IMG/VR virus record: IMGVR_UViG_3300010403_000004
Location: 142 to 64,141 of that record
Reading direction: 5' to 3' (one strand)
From: a virus
Taxonomy: Duplodnaviria; Caudoviricetes
Length of the DNA: 64,000 nt
The notes below the pieces were generated by a model, which was not told the origin of the DNA, made no database searches, and saw only the letters and a program-made list of their open reading frames with translations. The translations under genes were made by a program, and so were the position numbers. Below, in pieces: positions 1 to 10,005 of the stretch. Positions within the stretch are counted from its first letter, which is position 1. Each line of letters opens with the position of its first letter.

Positions 1-183
1 ATCATCGCCCATCAGCAGACTCCGCTTGGCGAAGCAGCCCGCTTCATCAAGAACGAGCGCGTCCGCTACGCCGAGGTGCAGGCCGCGAACCCCGAAGAGA
101 ATGACCAGATCGCGGCGATGCGCGGGTCGGTCATACCATGGTTCGACACGCCCGAAGCGTTCAAGGCGCTGGCGGCGTTCTGA
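1..183 (+). CDS. partial hypothetical protein (3' end)
   Basis: Frame 1 is open from the window edge (IIAHQQTPLGEAARF...KALAAF*); its TGA overlaps the next ATG (TGATG). Confidence 0.55.
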   Translation: MIAHQQTPLGEAARFIKNERVRYAEVQAANPEENDQIAAMRGSVIPWFDTPEAFKALAAF

Positions 184-371
184 TGGATTTCATGGAGTCC
201 GACTTGTCTCTGCCGATGTATGCACCTTGGCTATGCTTCTGCGCATGCACCACAGTTATGGAAGTGGACGGCGGTATTCGATTCGTGGCCAAGTCGGACT
301 GTCCTCTGTGCAAGGGGGTCGTGCAATCTCAACTACGCATCCCCAGCCGCCCCAAGTGCGACCGTAGCTGA
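183..371 (+). CDS. small Cys-rich hypothetical protein
   Basis: MDFMESD...CFCAC...CPLCKG; coupled to the upstream stop; converges on the virion module. Confidence 0.5.
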   Translation: MDFMESDLSLPMYAPWLCFCACTTVMEVDGGIRFVAKSDCPLCKGVVQSQLRIPSRPKCDRS

Positions 372-1330
372 TGTTGCCCATCCGGCGTCACGCTAGACAG
401 GTTGCCGAACGTTCGCTGCACCGCTGGCATCAACTCCGCTCTCTTCGCGGGGCTGGCCGCAGTCGCCGCGTTCAGCAACTCATCAGGGCTTAGACTGTCC
501 GCGTCCTGCCCTCCCGGTAGTGCCTCGTCAATCGCGGCCGATATCTCATCGTCTGACAGGTGCCCAGCCGCCGCCTTTGCCGCCTCACGTGCTGAGTGGT
601 AGTCTCCGCTCCGGATGTGAGCGATGATCTGCGCCCGCGCCGACTGGCCGGCGGTGGCAGTCTTGGCCTGCACTCCGTCCGTCTCCCCGTGGCGCATAAA
701 GTATAGCCCAGGCTGAAAATCTACGGCAGTCTTGGGTGAGAACGGGGTAACTTCCCACTGTCCGGACGGTCCTGGGAAAAACCGGTCGATCTCACCAAGC
801 TTGCCAGCGTCCTCGCGAACCATCTCCTGGGTGGACACAGAGAAGTCATCAGGACACCCTTCCTTCGACCATGCCTTGAGGAGTCGGATCACCTGGCTCG
901 ACGTTGGAACCAAAATCTTCGATGTGGGAGCGTTGGCGAGCTTCTGCATGAGCCCGTGGGCCGCGCCGAGGACCCGCTGCTTGAACGTGTTGAACGACTC
1001 CCCTACCCCCTGTCCCGGAATCCTGTAGTTCGGCTGCTTGCGGATGGTGTCGGCGATGAATCGCTTCACGTCGGAGCCGATGGGTGCCGACTGGCCGGCG
1101 GCGGGCGGCTGCGATACGTCGCCAAGCGCCGACGCACCATCCATCCCGGCAGTAGGCATCCCGCCGTCCATCTCTCCGCTTGCCTGTGGCATTGGCGGGG
1201 CCGTGATGTCCTCATGCGGGATCGGACTGGGCGGGAGGTTCCCTGCGTCCGCGGTTCCGGGAAATGGCTGCTGCGCGGTTCTGGCCAGCCTACGGAGGCG
1301 GCGTTCGGTTACGGTTCGCTTGATGGGCAT
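329..1330 (-). CDS. hypothetical protein with histidine-phosphatase-like motifs; last gene of ejection-protein cluster
   Basis: Contains GESFNTFKQRV...KILVPTSSQVIRLL and LYFMRHGETD. Confidence 0.6.
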   Translation of the reverse strand: MPIKRTVTERRLRRLARTAQQPFPGTADAGNLPPSPIPHEDITAPPMPQASGEMDGGMPTAGMDGASALGDVSQPPAAGQSAPIGSDVKRFIADTIRKQPNYRIPGQGVGESFNTFKQRVLGAAHGLMQKLANAPTSKILVPTSSQVIRLLKAWSKEGCPDDFSVSTQEMVREDAGKLGEIDRFFPGPSGQWEVTPFSPKTAVDFQPGLYFMRHGETDGVQAKTATAGQSARAQIIAHIRSGDYHSAREAAKAAAGHLSDDEISAAIDEALPGGQDADSLSPDELLNAATAASPAKRAELMPAVQRTFGNLSSVTPDGQHQLRSHLGRLGMRS

Positions 1331-1333
1331 GGG

Positions 1334-2800
1334 TTATTTTACCCCCGGCGTGCCCTGTTGCGGTTGAGCGTTCCAGATCGCCTGCCCCATACGGATAGAC
1401 ATCGGAAGCGTAGTCGATGGCTTGAGTTTTTGCGCCGCGCGACCAAGCGGAGACGCCCCGGCCCGCGCGAGCGCTATTGCAAGTTTCCCCTTGATCGCCG
1501 GATCATCTAGCGCATTGAGGGCCAGCCCCAACATACCCACCCCGATCCCTGTTTCCGTGTGCCCGCTGGCCAGCCCAGCCGCAGCCGCTCCGCCGAGTAC
1601 CACCGACCGCAATCCGATGCCGCTGCGGTTGCGCTCTCTGCCGACAAACTGACGAAGCGAATCTTCCAGGTCGATCAACGCCCCGTCTCGTTCTCCGAGT
1701 TCCTTCAACTCTGGGTATATCGCTATCAGGTGATCCTTCGCGCCACGGGCCAGCGCCTTTTCCGCCGCATCAGTGGCGGCTCCCACAGTGGCTCCGCCCT
1801 TTTGCGCGGCTTCGTATTTTTGACGATTGACCTGATACGTCGCCTGCTTCTCCTCCATCGTTTCCACTGGGGTCATCATCTTCGGCGGCGTGACCATATT
1901 GCCGGAAGAATCGTAAACCGCACCGTGCTTCTGAAGGTACTGGGTACGCGCAGTTCTCAACGCGCTTAGATCCCCTTCGTTCAGCGCCTGTTTCGCCCAA
2001 GGGCTATCGATTCCCAACTGCTGGAGTCTGTCGGCGATATCAACCGGATTGACCATGGCATTATGCGCCTGAGGGGAATTGCGGACGATGTCCTCCATCG
2101 CCCGAGACACTTCATGCGCCCGCTGGCCAACTTGCTCATACCCTTCCACAGAGGGAGCAATATTCTCCCGTATTCCAGTGGCGATTCGCGCATTAGCCTC
2201 GCTTGGCTTCAGGGACGTGGACGGCTTGAGTTCCCTGCCATACATGGCGGCTGGCGACAAATACTTAGCCGCCAGTTTCTCGATGGGCCATGCGACGGCA
2301 CGCCCGCCGAGTTCCATCGCGCCTTGAATCGCAGCGCTTTTACCAACGTTAACTGCCGCATCGCCAAAGGATTTGGGGGCTTCGGGGTCGCCACCGGCGG
2401 CCAATGCTCCTTGGCGCACAGCCTCTCCTACACCTCCTCCAAGGGCGGCGTATCCCATAGCTGGCAAGACCGCCTCTGGCGCGAATAGCGCTCCAGCGGT
2501 CGCGGCGACAGCAGGCACGTAGTCCAGCGCGGTTCTACCAAGAGAGCGGAATGACGCGTCTGTTTGCTCTTGAGTGGGGTGTCCTCCCGCGCCACTCGGA
2601 AATGATGGGCCGAATGGGCCGAATGCTTGAGAATCGCGTAGGCTGTAGCCCTTGGGCGGTGGAGGAAGGTTTGGCTGCGCGGACTGTGACGCTGTGGGTT
2701 GCTGCTGTGGCGTCGGAGCGCGAACCGTGTATCCCTGTGGAGGTGGCGGCAACTGCGCGGGTTGAGGTTCGGCGGGGTCAACGGGATCGTAATCCATCAC
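1334..2800 (-). CDS. putative internal virion/DNA ejection protein
   Basis: 488 aa, Ala/Gly-rich; PPPPQGY N-terminal repeats; glycine-zipper-like hydrophobic segments; located after tail genes. Confidence 0.6.
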   Translation of the reverse strand: MMDYDPVDPAEPQPAQLPPPPQGYTVRAPTPQQQPTASQSAQPNLPPPPKGYSLRDSQAFGPFGPSFPSGAGGHPTQEQTDASFRSLGRTALDYVPAVAATAGALFAPEAVLPAMGYAALGGGVGEAVRQGALAAGGDPEAPKSFGDAAVNVGKSAAIQGAMELGGRAVAWPIEKLAAKYLSPAAMYGRELKPSTSLKPSEANARIATGIRENIAPSVEGYEQVGQRAHEVSRAMEDIVRNSPQAHNAMVNPVDIADRLQQLGIDSPWAKQALNEGDLSALRTARTQYLQKHGAVYDSSGNMVTPPKMMTPVETMEEKQATYQVNRQKYEAAQKGGATVGAATDAAEKALARGAKDHLIAIYPELKELGERDGALIDLEDSLRQFVGRERNRSGIGLRSVVLGGAAAAGLASGHTETGIGVGMLGLALNALDDPAIKGKLAIALARAGASPLGRAAQKLKPSTTLPMSIRMGQAIWNAQPQQGTPGVK

Positions 2801-4866
2801 TGCACCTTCTGGCCAGTTTGAATGTCATACCATCCGCCGTCAGGCTTCTGCCCTATTTGGTGCCCATTGGGACCGTCCGCTAGGCGAAGAAACCCGTTGG
2901 GAACTGGTGGCGCACTCGCACCGTACCGCGCACCGGGAGCGAGGTCGCTTGCATCCACCCCATGCTTCTGGAACCGTTGGGCTACTTCGGGAGTGAGCAT
3001 GTGGAAATCCGCTGGCCTGCCCATGCTGGTTTCGTATTGAGATTTCATCGCTGACAGCTTTCCTGCGATGAGGGAGTAAATTTCCTGAATTGCCCCTTGC
3101 TGCGCGGCCGGGGATAGATTGGCCGACAGCTTCGCTTGCCAACTCTTGATCTCGCTATCGGAAGCGCCGACCTGTCGCCACACCCGCATCAATTCATTCC
3201 CGACCGCCTCCTGGTCAAGCTGGAATTTGTTAATCCGCCGCTGAAGATCCGAACCTACGGTTGAGCCCACGGCATTCGCCACCGGGTTGACGATTCCCGG
3301 CATGAAGTTGCTGTTATTGAGATGCGCCCAGTTTTGCTCCAATTGGTCAACGTGTTGTGCGACGGTATTCAGTGAGTTTATGGCCTGCGCTGACTTGCCA
3401 CTTCCGAAGTCGCTTTGCACCTTCTGCCTGACTGAATACTGGCTCGCGTCGAAACTTGGGTCATACTGCGCGGCCGCTCCGAGAATCGTTTGCCAATACG
3501 GCTTGCTCAGAGCCATGCCCGTTGGCAGAGGGTACTTGTAGTCCACGAGTTGCTTGATGACGGCGGCGGTGTTGGGGTCCATCCCGTGCAAGACATTCTC
3601 GTCGCGTGCGTTGGGTGGCAGCGTCGGGTTGCGAGGGGGGAGGGAAATAGCGCCGGCCCCAGCATTGGGGTCGCGGTGCTCCTGATTGAACATCTGCTGC
3701 GCCCTGGCGACGGTGGCTGCATCATAAGCGCTTGGATTCAGCAACACCTGCGCTGGATTACTGACCTCTTTGGGCTCGGGCGGCGGCTTGGCCGTGTTCT
3801 GCTTCTCGATCTCCAACTGGTACATCTTCGTGGCATTGACGAAACGGGGATCGTCCCTATGGACCTGATCGCCTTCCTGGTTCCCTGGCATGTACTGCAA
3901 CAATTCCTTGGGAACCGTGGCCAATTGCGATGGAGTATAAGCAGTGAAGCCTGTAGGTAGCGCCGGGTTCTCCATGGGAACCGGCTCCCACCCCTGCGGT
4001 CCCGGCTGTCCGGTTGGGCGGTAAATCGGATTTCGTCCGCCTACGAGCGAAGTGAACGCCTTTTGCTGGCGGTCCATCTCGTGTTGCTCTGCGGCGGTCC
4101 TGGCTGCATCTCGCCTACCTTCCGCGCTGATGCGCCGTTCCTCTTGCCGTCCGCCTTCCAGCCCTTCGTAGTAAGTCCCCCTCTTTTCTTCCGCATTCCC
4201 GCGCTGCTGCGCCTCTTGCGCTCCAACCAATCCTGTCAGTTCCTTCTCTGTCGCGCCACGTGACGCCATTTCCTGCGACCACTTGGGGTGGATAATCTGC
4301 TGTGCGTACGGTGCGAGCTTGGTTGCCGACAATACGGCCATGCCGAGGCGCTGCGCCCAGCTATTGCCGGGTTGGGGTGCGGGCCGCGCGAGAGTCTCGG
4401 TGTCGCGCTTAATTGCTCGCTGGATTGGCGTAGGTTCTGTGGGAGCAACTCCCACCGGGGGCGGTACCCGTTGCGCCAATGGCGGGGGTGGGGCAGCAAC
4501 ATCGGGGCTTGCTTGCGGAGACGGTGAGGACTGCGACAACGCAACGGGTACCGGTGGAGGTGGTTCCTTGGCTCCGTTCATCAACTCGCCAGCGGCGGCG
4601 GACGGACCTTGCATGCGGGTGCTGGATTCCGGCTGGGAACTGTTGCCCATGCCAGAGGAGCCAGAAGATGTGACTTGCGGGTTGAACGCCGCGTCAGGCA
4701 GTGGCTGAGTCCACCACTGACCGTAGGATGTATCCTGTCCCGGATGGAACCCGCCATAGTCGGCAGCACCGGGCATGGTGGCGGTGGGGACGCTGGGACT
4801 CAACGGACGCCGCTGCTGAAGGAATGGATCGTTCCAGTCCTCAACGCCTTGGTCTAGGACACTCAC
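2797..4866 (-). CDS. putative internal virion/DNA ejection protein
   Basis: 689 aa, Pro/Gln-rich with helical C-terminus; 4-nt overlaps with both neighbours. Confidence 0.6.
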   Translation of the reverse strand: MSVLDQGVEDWNDPFLQQRRPLSPSVPTATMPGAADYGGFHPGQDTSYGQWWTQPLPDAAFNPQVTSSGSSGMGNSSQPESSTRMQGPSAAAGELMNGAKEPPPPVPVALSQSSPSPQASPDVAAPPPPLAQRVPPPVGVAPTEPTPIQRAIKRDTETLARPAPQPGNSWAQRLGMAVLSATKLAPYAQQIIHPKWSQEMASRGATEKELTGLVGAQEAQQRGNAEEKRGTYYEGLEGGRQEERRISAEGRRDAARTAAEQHEMDRQQKAFTSLVGGRNPIYRPTGQPGPQGWEPVPMENPALPTGFTAYTPSQLATVPKELLQYMPGNQEGDQVHRDDPRFVNATKMYQLEIEKQNTAKPPPEPKEVSNPAQVLLNPSAYDAATVARAQQMFNQEHRDPNAGAGAISLPPRNPTLPPNARDENVLHGMDPNTAAVIKQLVDYKYPLPTGMALSKPYWQTILGAAAQYDPSFDASQYSVRQKVQSDFGSGKSAQAINSLNTVAQHVDQLEQNWAHLNNSNFMPGIVNPVANAVGSTVGSDLQRRINKFQLDQEAVGNELMRVWRQVGASDSEIKSWQAKLSANLSPAAQQGAIQEIYSLIAGKLSAMKSQYETSMGRPADFHMLTPEVAQRFQKHGVDASDLAPGARYGASAPPVPNGFLRLADGPNGHQIGQKPDGGWYDIQTGQKVQ

Positions 4867-5141
4867 GCGCTGACCTCGACAGGATTGCCAACAATTGGAC
4901 GTGGTTCAGCGCGACGGCGCACGCCGATCCTGTAGCCGGTCGATACGTATCCGTCCTTTCCCCTGGTAAATACGCGACGACCCTCGTCTTCGAAAAATTC
5001 AACCCATTCTGGACCGCCATATTTTTCGACGAATGGGCGCAAAACGGACGCCATGGCATCGACAACTGTTTGCTTCGATGAGGTATGGTGCAACGGCAGA
5101 TCAATCCACTCCCATTCATCCGTCTGGACTGGCCCCATCAT
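4863..5141 (-). CDS. hypothetical protein
   Basis: 92 aa; overlaps both flanking genes by 4 nt. Confidence 0.55.
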   Translation of the reverse strand: MMGPVQTDEWEWIDLPLHHTSSKQTVVDAMASVLRPFVEKYGGPEWVEFFEDEGRRVFTRGKDGYVSTGYRIGVRRRAEPRPIVGNPVEVSA

Positions 5142-5800
5142 CGCCCTCCCATCCGGTTATACGACCGATACCGCGAGTACCTCATCCCCGGCACGTGCGG
5201 CGGGTTTATGTGCCCTTCCAGCATATCCGGCTGCAACCGGTTCCCCGGTCGCGGAGTCAACGGTACCACGGCTTCCGGTTGCCCATGCTCTGCCAGCTTG
5301 ACAAGGGTGGGCTGAGTGACGACGCCCCCGCGCTCCATGAACATCGGCGCAATGCCGCCCATTTGCTCAATCAGCGATGGGGCGATATTCTCCGCCGCTG
5401 CTCCTGCCGTAGCGTCACCAAGCGCGGCCCCTGCTTCGGGACTCGCCCCCATCCCACTTGCCGCTGCGCCTGCCCCAGGATCGGCAAGGTTGCTCTGATG
5501 TCCGAGACCCTTGCTCAGCAACTGCGACGTGAGTTTGCTCTTGGGTGCAGAGGCGCCCCACGAAGAGCTAACCCCGCTGTCATCCACGGGTGGCGCGGGA
5601 GGGGCAGCCGCAACGGGCGGAGGGATAGCCGATGGAGAGTTGTAGCGCTGGTACGGCCCCGAAGGCGGCGGCGTGGGCTCCTTGAACGCGTTATAGACGG
5701 CATTGCCGAGCGGGTTAGCTTGGAGCATGCCTGTGCCGAGCCGCTGCATGAACCCCGGCTGCTGAACGGCGTTGGGATCGTCAGGTGGTGTTGGTGCCAT
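5138..5800 (-). CDS. putative ejection/virion protein with GGxVxxPTL...E.G.PEAVVPL motif
   Basis: ERGGVVTQPTLVKLAEHGQPEAVVPL near the C-terminus. Confidence 0.6.
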   Translation of the reverse strand: MAPTPPDDPNAVQQPGFMQRLGTGMLQANPLGNAVYNAFKEPTPPPSGPYQRYNSPSAIPPPVAAAPPAPPVDDSGVSSSWGASAPKSKLTSQLLSKGLGHQSNLADPGAGAAASGMGASPEAGAALGDATAGAAAENIAPSLIEQMGGIAPMFMERGGVVTQPTLVKLAEHGQPEAVVPLTPRPGNRLQPDMLEGHINPPHVPGMRYSRYRSYNRMGGR

Positions 5801-7534
5801 TTACGCCGCCCTCCGCATCGACCGATACCGCGGCATCTGCATCACCTTCTCGCGCTCGGTCGGGATTGGCCCAACATACTCCGGCCCGTGCTCCCCGACA
5901 ACGGCCAACGTAGGCTCAAACGCCACGCCGCCCTTCTCAAACAAACCCGCCAGCGACTTACCCAACTGATCCCCGAGCGACGGCTTGCCCACCTCGAAGT
6001 TACCCTGCGCCGATGCCGCCTGGTTCACGCCCGAGGTTTGAGTGCCGTATGCCCCGAGTTGCGTCTGCTGAGCGGCCTGGCCGCCCTGCTGCGCCATGCC
6101 TTGCTGTTGCGCCACACCCGACCGGTAGGCTCCTTCCCCAGCAATCCGGGCATCGCCAACAGTCTTCGCCCCGGCAGAGGTTGCCTGCTGGCTTCCCACG
6201 CCCTGCTCGTATCGTGACTTCGCTTCCGCCGCGGCACGCTGTGCGGCAATCTGCTCCGCCGTGGCTTGGGCGTTGTACTGCTGTCCCGTCATGGTGTTTT
6301 CCTGCCCGACGGAAAACTGGCCGTAGTTGTTCACGGCGTCTAGGTTCGCATGCCCCATCTTGTCAGCGGCGTTGATTCGCTGCGCTCCAGCGTTCGTCGC
6401 AACGCCAATGCCCGCTTCCCCGAGCCGTTGACGCGCCGCGATGTCCGACGTCCCCGCCAGTCCAGCTGCCTCCTGTGCCGCCGCCTCTTCCCGCGCCGCT
6501 GCGTTGGCCTGGAATCCCGTCTGGGTGCCCACCGCGCCCTCTCGCTGGCCTTCGATGCCGGCCGCACGCTGGTATTGCGCCTGAAGCGCCGCGATGCGCG
6601 CATTGGTCATCGTATCGCCCGCCGTTGCCCCTTCCTGCGTGACGAGTTGCTGACGCAGAGCAGCGAGCGCCGCCGGCGAGGTGTTTCCTTGTGCGGCGGC
6701 CTGACGCTCCAACGTGTCTTCGGCGGTACGGAATTGGTTTCCCGTGCTGGTGCCAGCAGATGTCACGAGGTCCTGAACGTCGGCATCCGTCATCTGCTTT
6801 TCGGTGCCGTTCGGGTCGAAGCCAAGTGCTGGATTATTGACAGCCGCATCGAGGCCGGAGAAGCGTTGCTGCGCGTCGGATAGGCCGCCGTAGAGCCTGC
6901 CCACAGCGGACCCAACGTCCCCGCCGGCGAAGTTAAGTGCCTCTTGGGTGCTGTTTCCGAACTGGTCTACAGCCGCTCCGAGGTTTCCTGAGTACGCGTC
7001 CAACTGGGAACCCAACCCCTCTTGGTACTGGTTGAGCATCGCACCTTCGTTCTGGACGCCCTCGTTGACGGTGTTGACGGGCGCGTTCGGATCGCCCATC
7101 ATCTTGCCGTACTGATCGTCGCCGGTGTTGAATCGCGAGTAGTCGGTGTTTATCTGTCCCGACTCGCCCGGAGTGAAGCCGGGGGTCGCGTGGAGGTCGT
7201 TCAGCGCCTGCCCTTGCGCACCGGTATACGCCTGCTGAAGCGGCCCGTAGTAGTTGAGCTGGTGGCCTGCCTGTTGCCCGATCAGGTTTCCCGTGGTAGA
7301 GATTTGGTTGCGATTCGCGGCAAAGATGTCCTCCATCGGGGCGTTCGGATCGACATCCTGGCCAGCGTTACCGAGCGCCACGCCGAAGTTTTGGCTGGAG
7401 TTGGCTACTCCTGACTGGCTATAGGGCGAAAAGCCGCCAAAACCCTGATATCCGTAGAGGGCATAGGGATTTATGGCATTCGGGTCGTTCGGGTCTTGCG
7501 ATGTTTGGGTCGGGAGTTCGTAGGCCGATGGCAT
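5801..7534 (-). CDS. putative DNA ejection/pilot protein
   Basis: 577 aa, Ala/Gly/Gln-rich helical; C-terminal EKGGVAFEPTLAVVGEHGPEYV. Confidence 0.6.
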   Translation of the reverse strand: MPSAYELPTQTSQDPNDPNAINPYALYGYQGFGGFSPYSQSGVANSSQNFGVALGNAGQDVDPNAPMEDIFAANRNQISTTGNLIGQQAGHQLNYYGPLQQAYTGAQGQALNDLHATPGFTPGESGQINTDYSRFNTGDDQYGKMMGDPNAPVNTVNEGVQNEGAMLNQYQEGLGSQLDAYSGNLGAAVDQFGNSTQEALNFAGGDVGSAVGRLYGGLSDAQQRFSGLDAAVNNPALGFDPNGTEKQMTDADVQDLVTSAGTSTGNQFRTAEDTLERQAAAQGNTSPAALAALRQQLVTQEGATAGDTMTNARIAALQAQYQRAAGIEGQREGAVGTQTGFQANAAAREEAAAQEAAGLAGTSDIAARQRLGEAGIGVATNAGAQRINAADKMGHANLDAVNNYGQFSVGQENTMTGQQYNAQATAEQIAAQRAAAEAKSRYEQGVGSQQATSAGAKTVGDARIAGEGAYRSGVAQQQGMAQQGGQAAQQTQLGAYGTQTSGVNQAASAQGNFEVGKPSLGDQLGKSLAGLFEKGGVAFEPTLAVVGEHGPEYVGPIPTEREKVMQMPRYRSMRRAA

Positions 7535-7543
7535 CGTACCCCC

Positions 7544-7972
7544 TTAAAATGTTTGCTGGTCCTGCTGTTCCTTCGGCTGCACCGACTGTGGCGCGCCCGG
7601 TTGCTGCGGCCCAGACATCTGCGTCCGCTGTCCCGGACCTGGAGCTCCCTGATACATCGGACGCGGCGTCGATCCGCCAGGACCTTGCGGCTGAGGTGCA
7701 GGTTGCGCCCACGGTGCGGGCATGCGTGGAGGAGCCGCACCGGGCTGCTGTCCCATCTGGGGCGCGCCACCGGGTTGCTCCGGCATCCCCGGTTGTGGGC
7801 CAGCCATTCCCATGCCGCCACCGGCAGGCATCGGCGGTCCACCGATCTGTTGCGGCCCTCCGGGAGGCATCGCCCCTTGCGGCGGCATTCCACCCCCACC
7901 GCGCCGGTACCGCGCCATCATCGCCGCACGGGGATCTCCGCCCTGATCGCCACCCATTCCACCTGGAGCCAT
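7544..7972 (-). CDS. Pro/Gly/Gln/Met-rich low-complexity protein
   Basis: AGGAGG RBS upstream of MAPGGMGGDQGG; start moved from the ORF track. Confidence 0.6.
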   Translation of the reverse strand: MAPGGMGGDQGGDPRAAMMARYRRGGGGMPPQGAMPPGGPQQIGGPPMPAGGGMGMAGPQPGMPEQPGGAPQMGQQPGAAPPRMPAPWAQPAPQPQGPGGSTPRPMYQGAPGPGQRTQMSGPQQPGAPQSVQPKEQQDQQTF

Positions 7973-8010
7973 AGTCAAGTTCCTCCTGAAGGGATTATAA
8001 CCTAAGCGCG

Positions 8011-9912
8011 CTACGTCAGCGTCAATTGTTCCAACGTGACCCTCAGAGAATACTGCGGCGTGCCGGTCGCGCCTGTCCTTGTCGTGGCGTACGTGATGTC
8101 GTTCGCTCCGTCCGCCTCTATGGGCACCTGCCCGCTTCCGAACCCGCCTGCACCTGTGGTGCTGAGTTGGATGGTCACAGTGGTGGTGCGGGCTGCCACC
8201 CCGTCGTTCCACCCGATAGTGACCGTCAGCGTGTCGGCCCCGCTGGCCGTGGTGGTCTTGACGTAGACGGTAACGCGGTAGAGCCCAGCGGGAGCCACGG
8301 CGCCACCGACGCGAAGGTTGGTCGTTCCAATGGAGGTGGTCTGCGCGGTGAGCCGGACTGCGGCGTAAACTGGCACGAGTCCAACCCCGGCGGTTGCCTT
8401 AGTGTTGTAAGTGGACGCTACGCCTTCACTTAACTCAAGCGCCGATACAGGGGACGCGTTTCCGATTTGCGTGATCTCGAAAACCAGTTTCGCCCCATGC
8501 GCGGCAACGGCGTGGTTCTCGGTTGCCACTGCGCGGACACCCGCCGCGTACTCGCTCTCCCCCGTCCCGTCAAACCCCCAGGCAATCAGCCCGCCCAGCG
8601 TGTCGCCAGACTGTGAAGCCGTCGCCGCGGATGGAGTGCCGCGGTACTGCGTCATGGACACCAGCGGCCCGTACTGAGTCGCCCCGGTGTACCCCGAGAG
8701 GTTCACCATGATCGATGAGGCCAGCGCGGCGATGGCGTCGTGGAATGCGGTGTAGACGCCACCGAGGATCTCAATGTCGTTATCGACGCCGCTACCATCC
8801 GCGATGGTGATGCCGTCCTGGATGGTGACCACGGTCCCGGCGGCGGCGGTGGACGTTACGGTGATCCGCCCTTGCACGGGGTCGATGTCGATGATGCCGC
8901 CGGAGCCGGTGATGTGAATGTGGGCGTCGGTGATCAGCAGCGATCCGTCGCCTTGAGCGAGAAACTTGGCCGTTGGCCAGTTGATCGAGATCCCGCCTGA
9001 CACGTACGCGCCGGAGAACGTGGACCCCTGAAGGTCTACCGTGTTCGCGTTGATGACGGTGACCAGAAACGTTCCGTTCGCTCCTGTCACGCCTACTACG
9101 TTTGTCGTGGTTACCGCATACCCCGTCGAGTAGCCATGGGCGGTGATGGTGAGTCTTACGAGTCCAGAACCGTTGTTCACGGCGTTCGTGATCCGCTTGC
9201 CCGCCGCGACTGCGATTGTCTCAAATGCGCCCCCAGCAAAGAACCGCCCGACTGTGCCGCCGGATGTGTAGGCTCCCGCGAACGTGGACCCCACCAGAGT
9301 GATGTGGTTCGCGTCCACGACGGTGATGACCCATTGCCCTGTTGCGTTCGGGACCCCGCCAACGCTGGCCGCGTTCACCCAATCGCCGTCGCGGTACCCG
9401 TGGCCAGTGACGGTGAGCTCGATCTGCCCTGCGTCACTCACCGCGCCGGTTACGGCCTTCGTCGCTTCCGATTGCGTGCCAATCCACGCGCCAACGTTCG
9501 CGTACGGGTCCAGAACGTAGACCTGCCCGTTCTGTCCGATCACCACTCGCGTGCCATTCGAGTAGAACGGGGCTGACGCAGGGCCGCCCCCACCGATGAA
9601 GAGATTGTTCCCCCAAATGCCAGAGTAGGACGTGTTCGTATTCGGGTCGATGATGGAGCCGATGACCGCAATAAGTGAGCCATCGGCGGCGGTTATCTGG
9701 AGTGGGTTCGGGAAAGGAAGCGGGGACTGGAGCGCGGAGAACGCGTGGTCGGCTTGCCGCTGAAGGTTGCCCAGTGCATCGCCGACCGCTGCCCACAGCG
9801 AAGCGTCCTTGCCGGTGACCTTGCGCAGTTGCGATGCGATGACCTTGACGTTGCCGGGGTTGGCTTGTCCGGGAGGGATGATGCTGACGGACTGGGGCGG
9901 GGTGATGGGCAT
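8011..9912 (-). CDS. tail fibre/spike-like protein with two FCCH-like beta-barrel repeats
   Basis: LTVTGHGYRDGDWV...VVDANHITL and LTITAHGYSTGYAV...VINANTVDL; Thr/Gly-rich beta composition. Confidence 0.65.
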   Translation of the reverse strand: MPITPPQSVSIIPPGQANPGNVKVIASQLRKVTGKDASLWAAVGDALGNLQRQADHAFSALQSPLPFPNPLQITAADGSLIAVIGSIIDPNTNTSYSGIWGNNLFIGGGGPASAPFYSNGTRVVIGQNGQVYVLDPYANVGAWIGTQSEATKAVTGAVSDAGQIELTVTGHGYRDGDWVNAASVGGVPNATGQWVITVVDANHITLVGSTFAGAYTSGGTVGRFFAGGAFETIAVAAGKRITNAVNNGSGLVRLTITAHGYSTGYAVTTTNVVGVTGANGTFLVTVINANTVDLQGSTFSGAYVSGGISINWPTAKFLAQGDGSLLITDAHIHITGSGGIIDIDPVQGRITVTSTAAAGTVVTIQDGITIADGSGVDNDIEILGGVYTAFHDAIAALASSIMVNLSGYTGATQYGPLVSMTQYRGTPSAATASQSGDTLGGLIAWGFDGTGESEYAAGVRAVATENHAVAAHGAKLVFEITQIGNASPVSALELSEGVASTYNTKATAGVGLVPVYAAVRLTAQTTSIGTTNLRVGGAVAPAGLYRVTVYVKTTTASGADTLTVTIGWNDGVAARTTTVTIQLSTTGAGGFGSGQVPIEADGANDITYATTRTGATGTPQYSLRVTLEQLTLT

Positions 9913-10005
9913 CTACGGCCCTACGCCAAAACCACCTTGGAGAATCCGCATTCCGTCGTGCATGCCACCCGTTTCATGCAGATTGGGCCTTCCGTCTCCA
10001 TAAAC

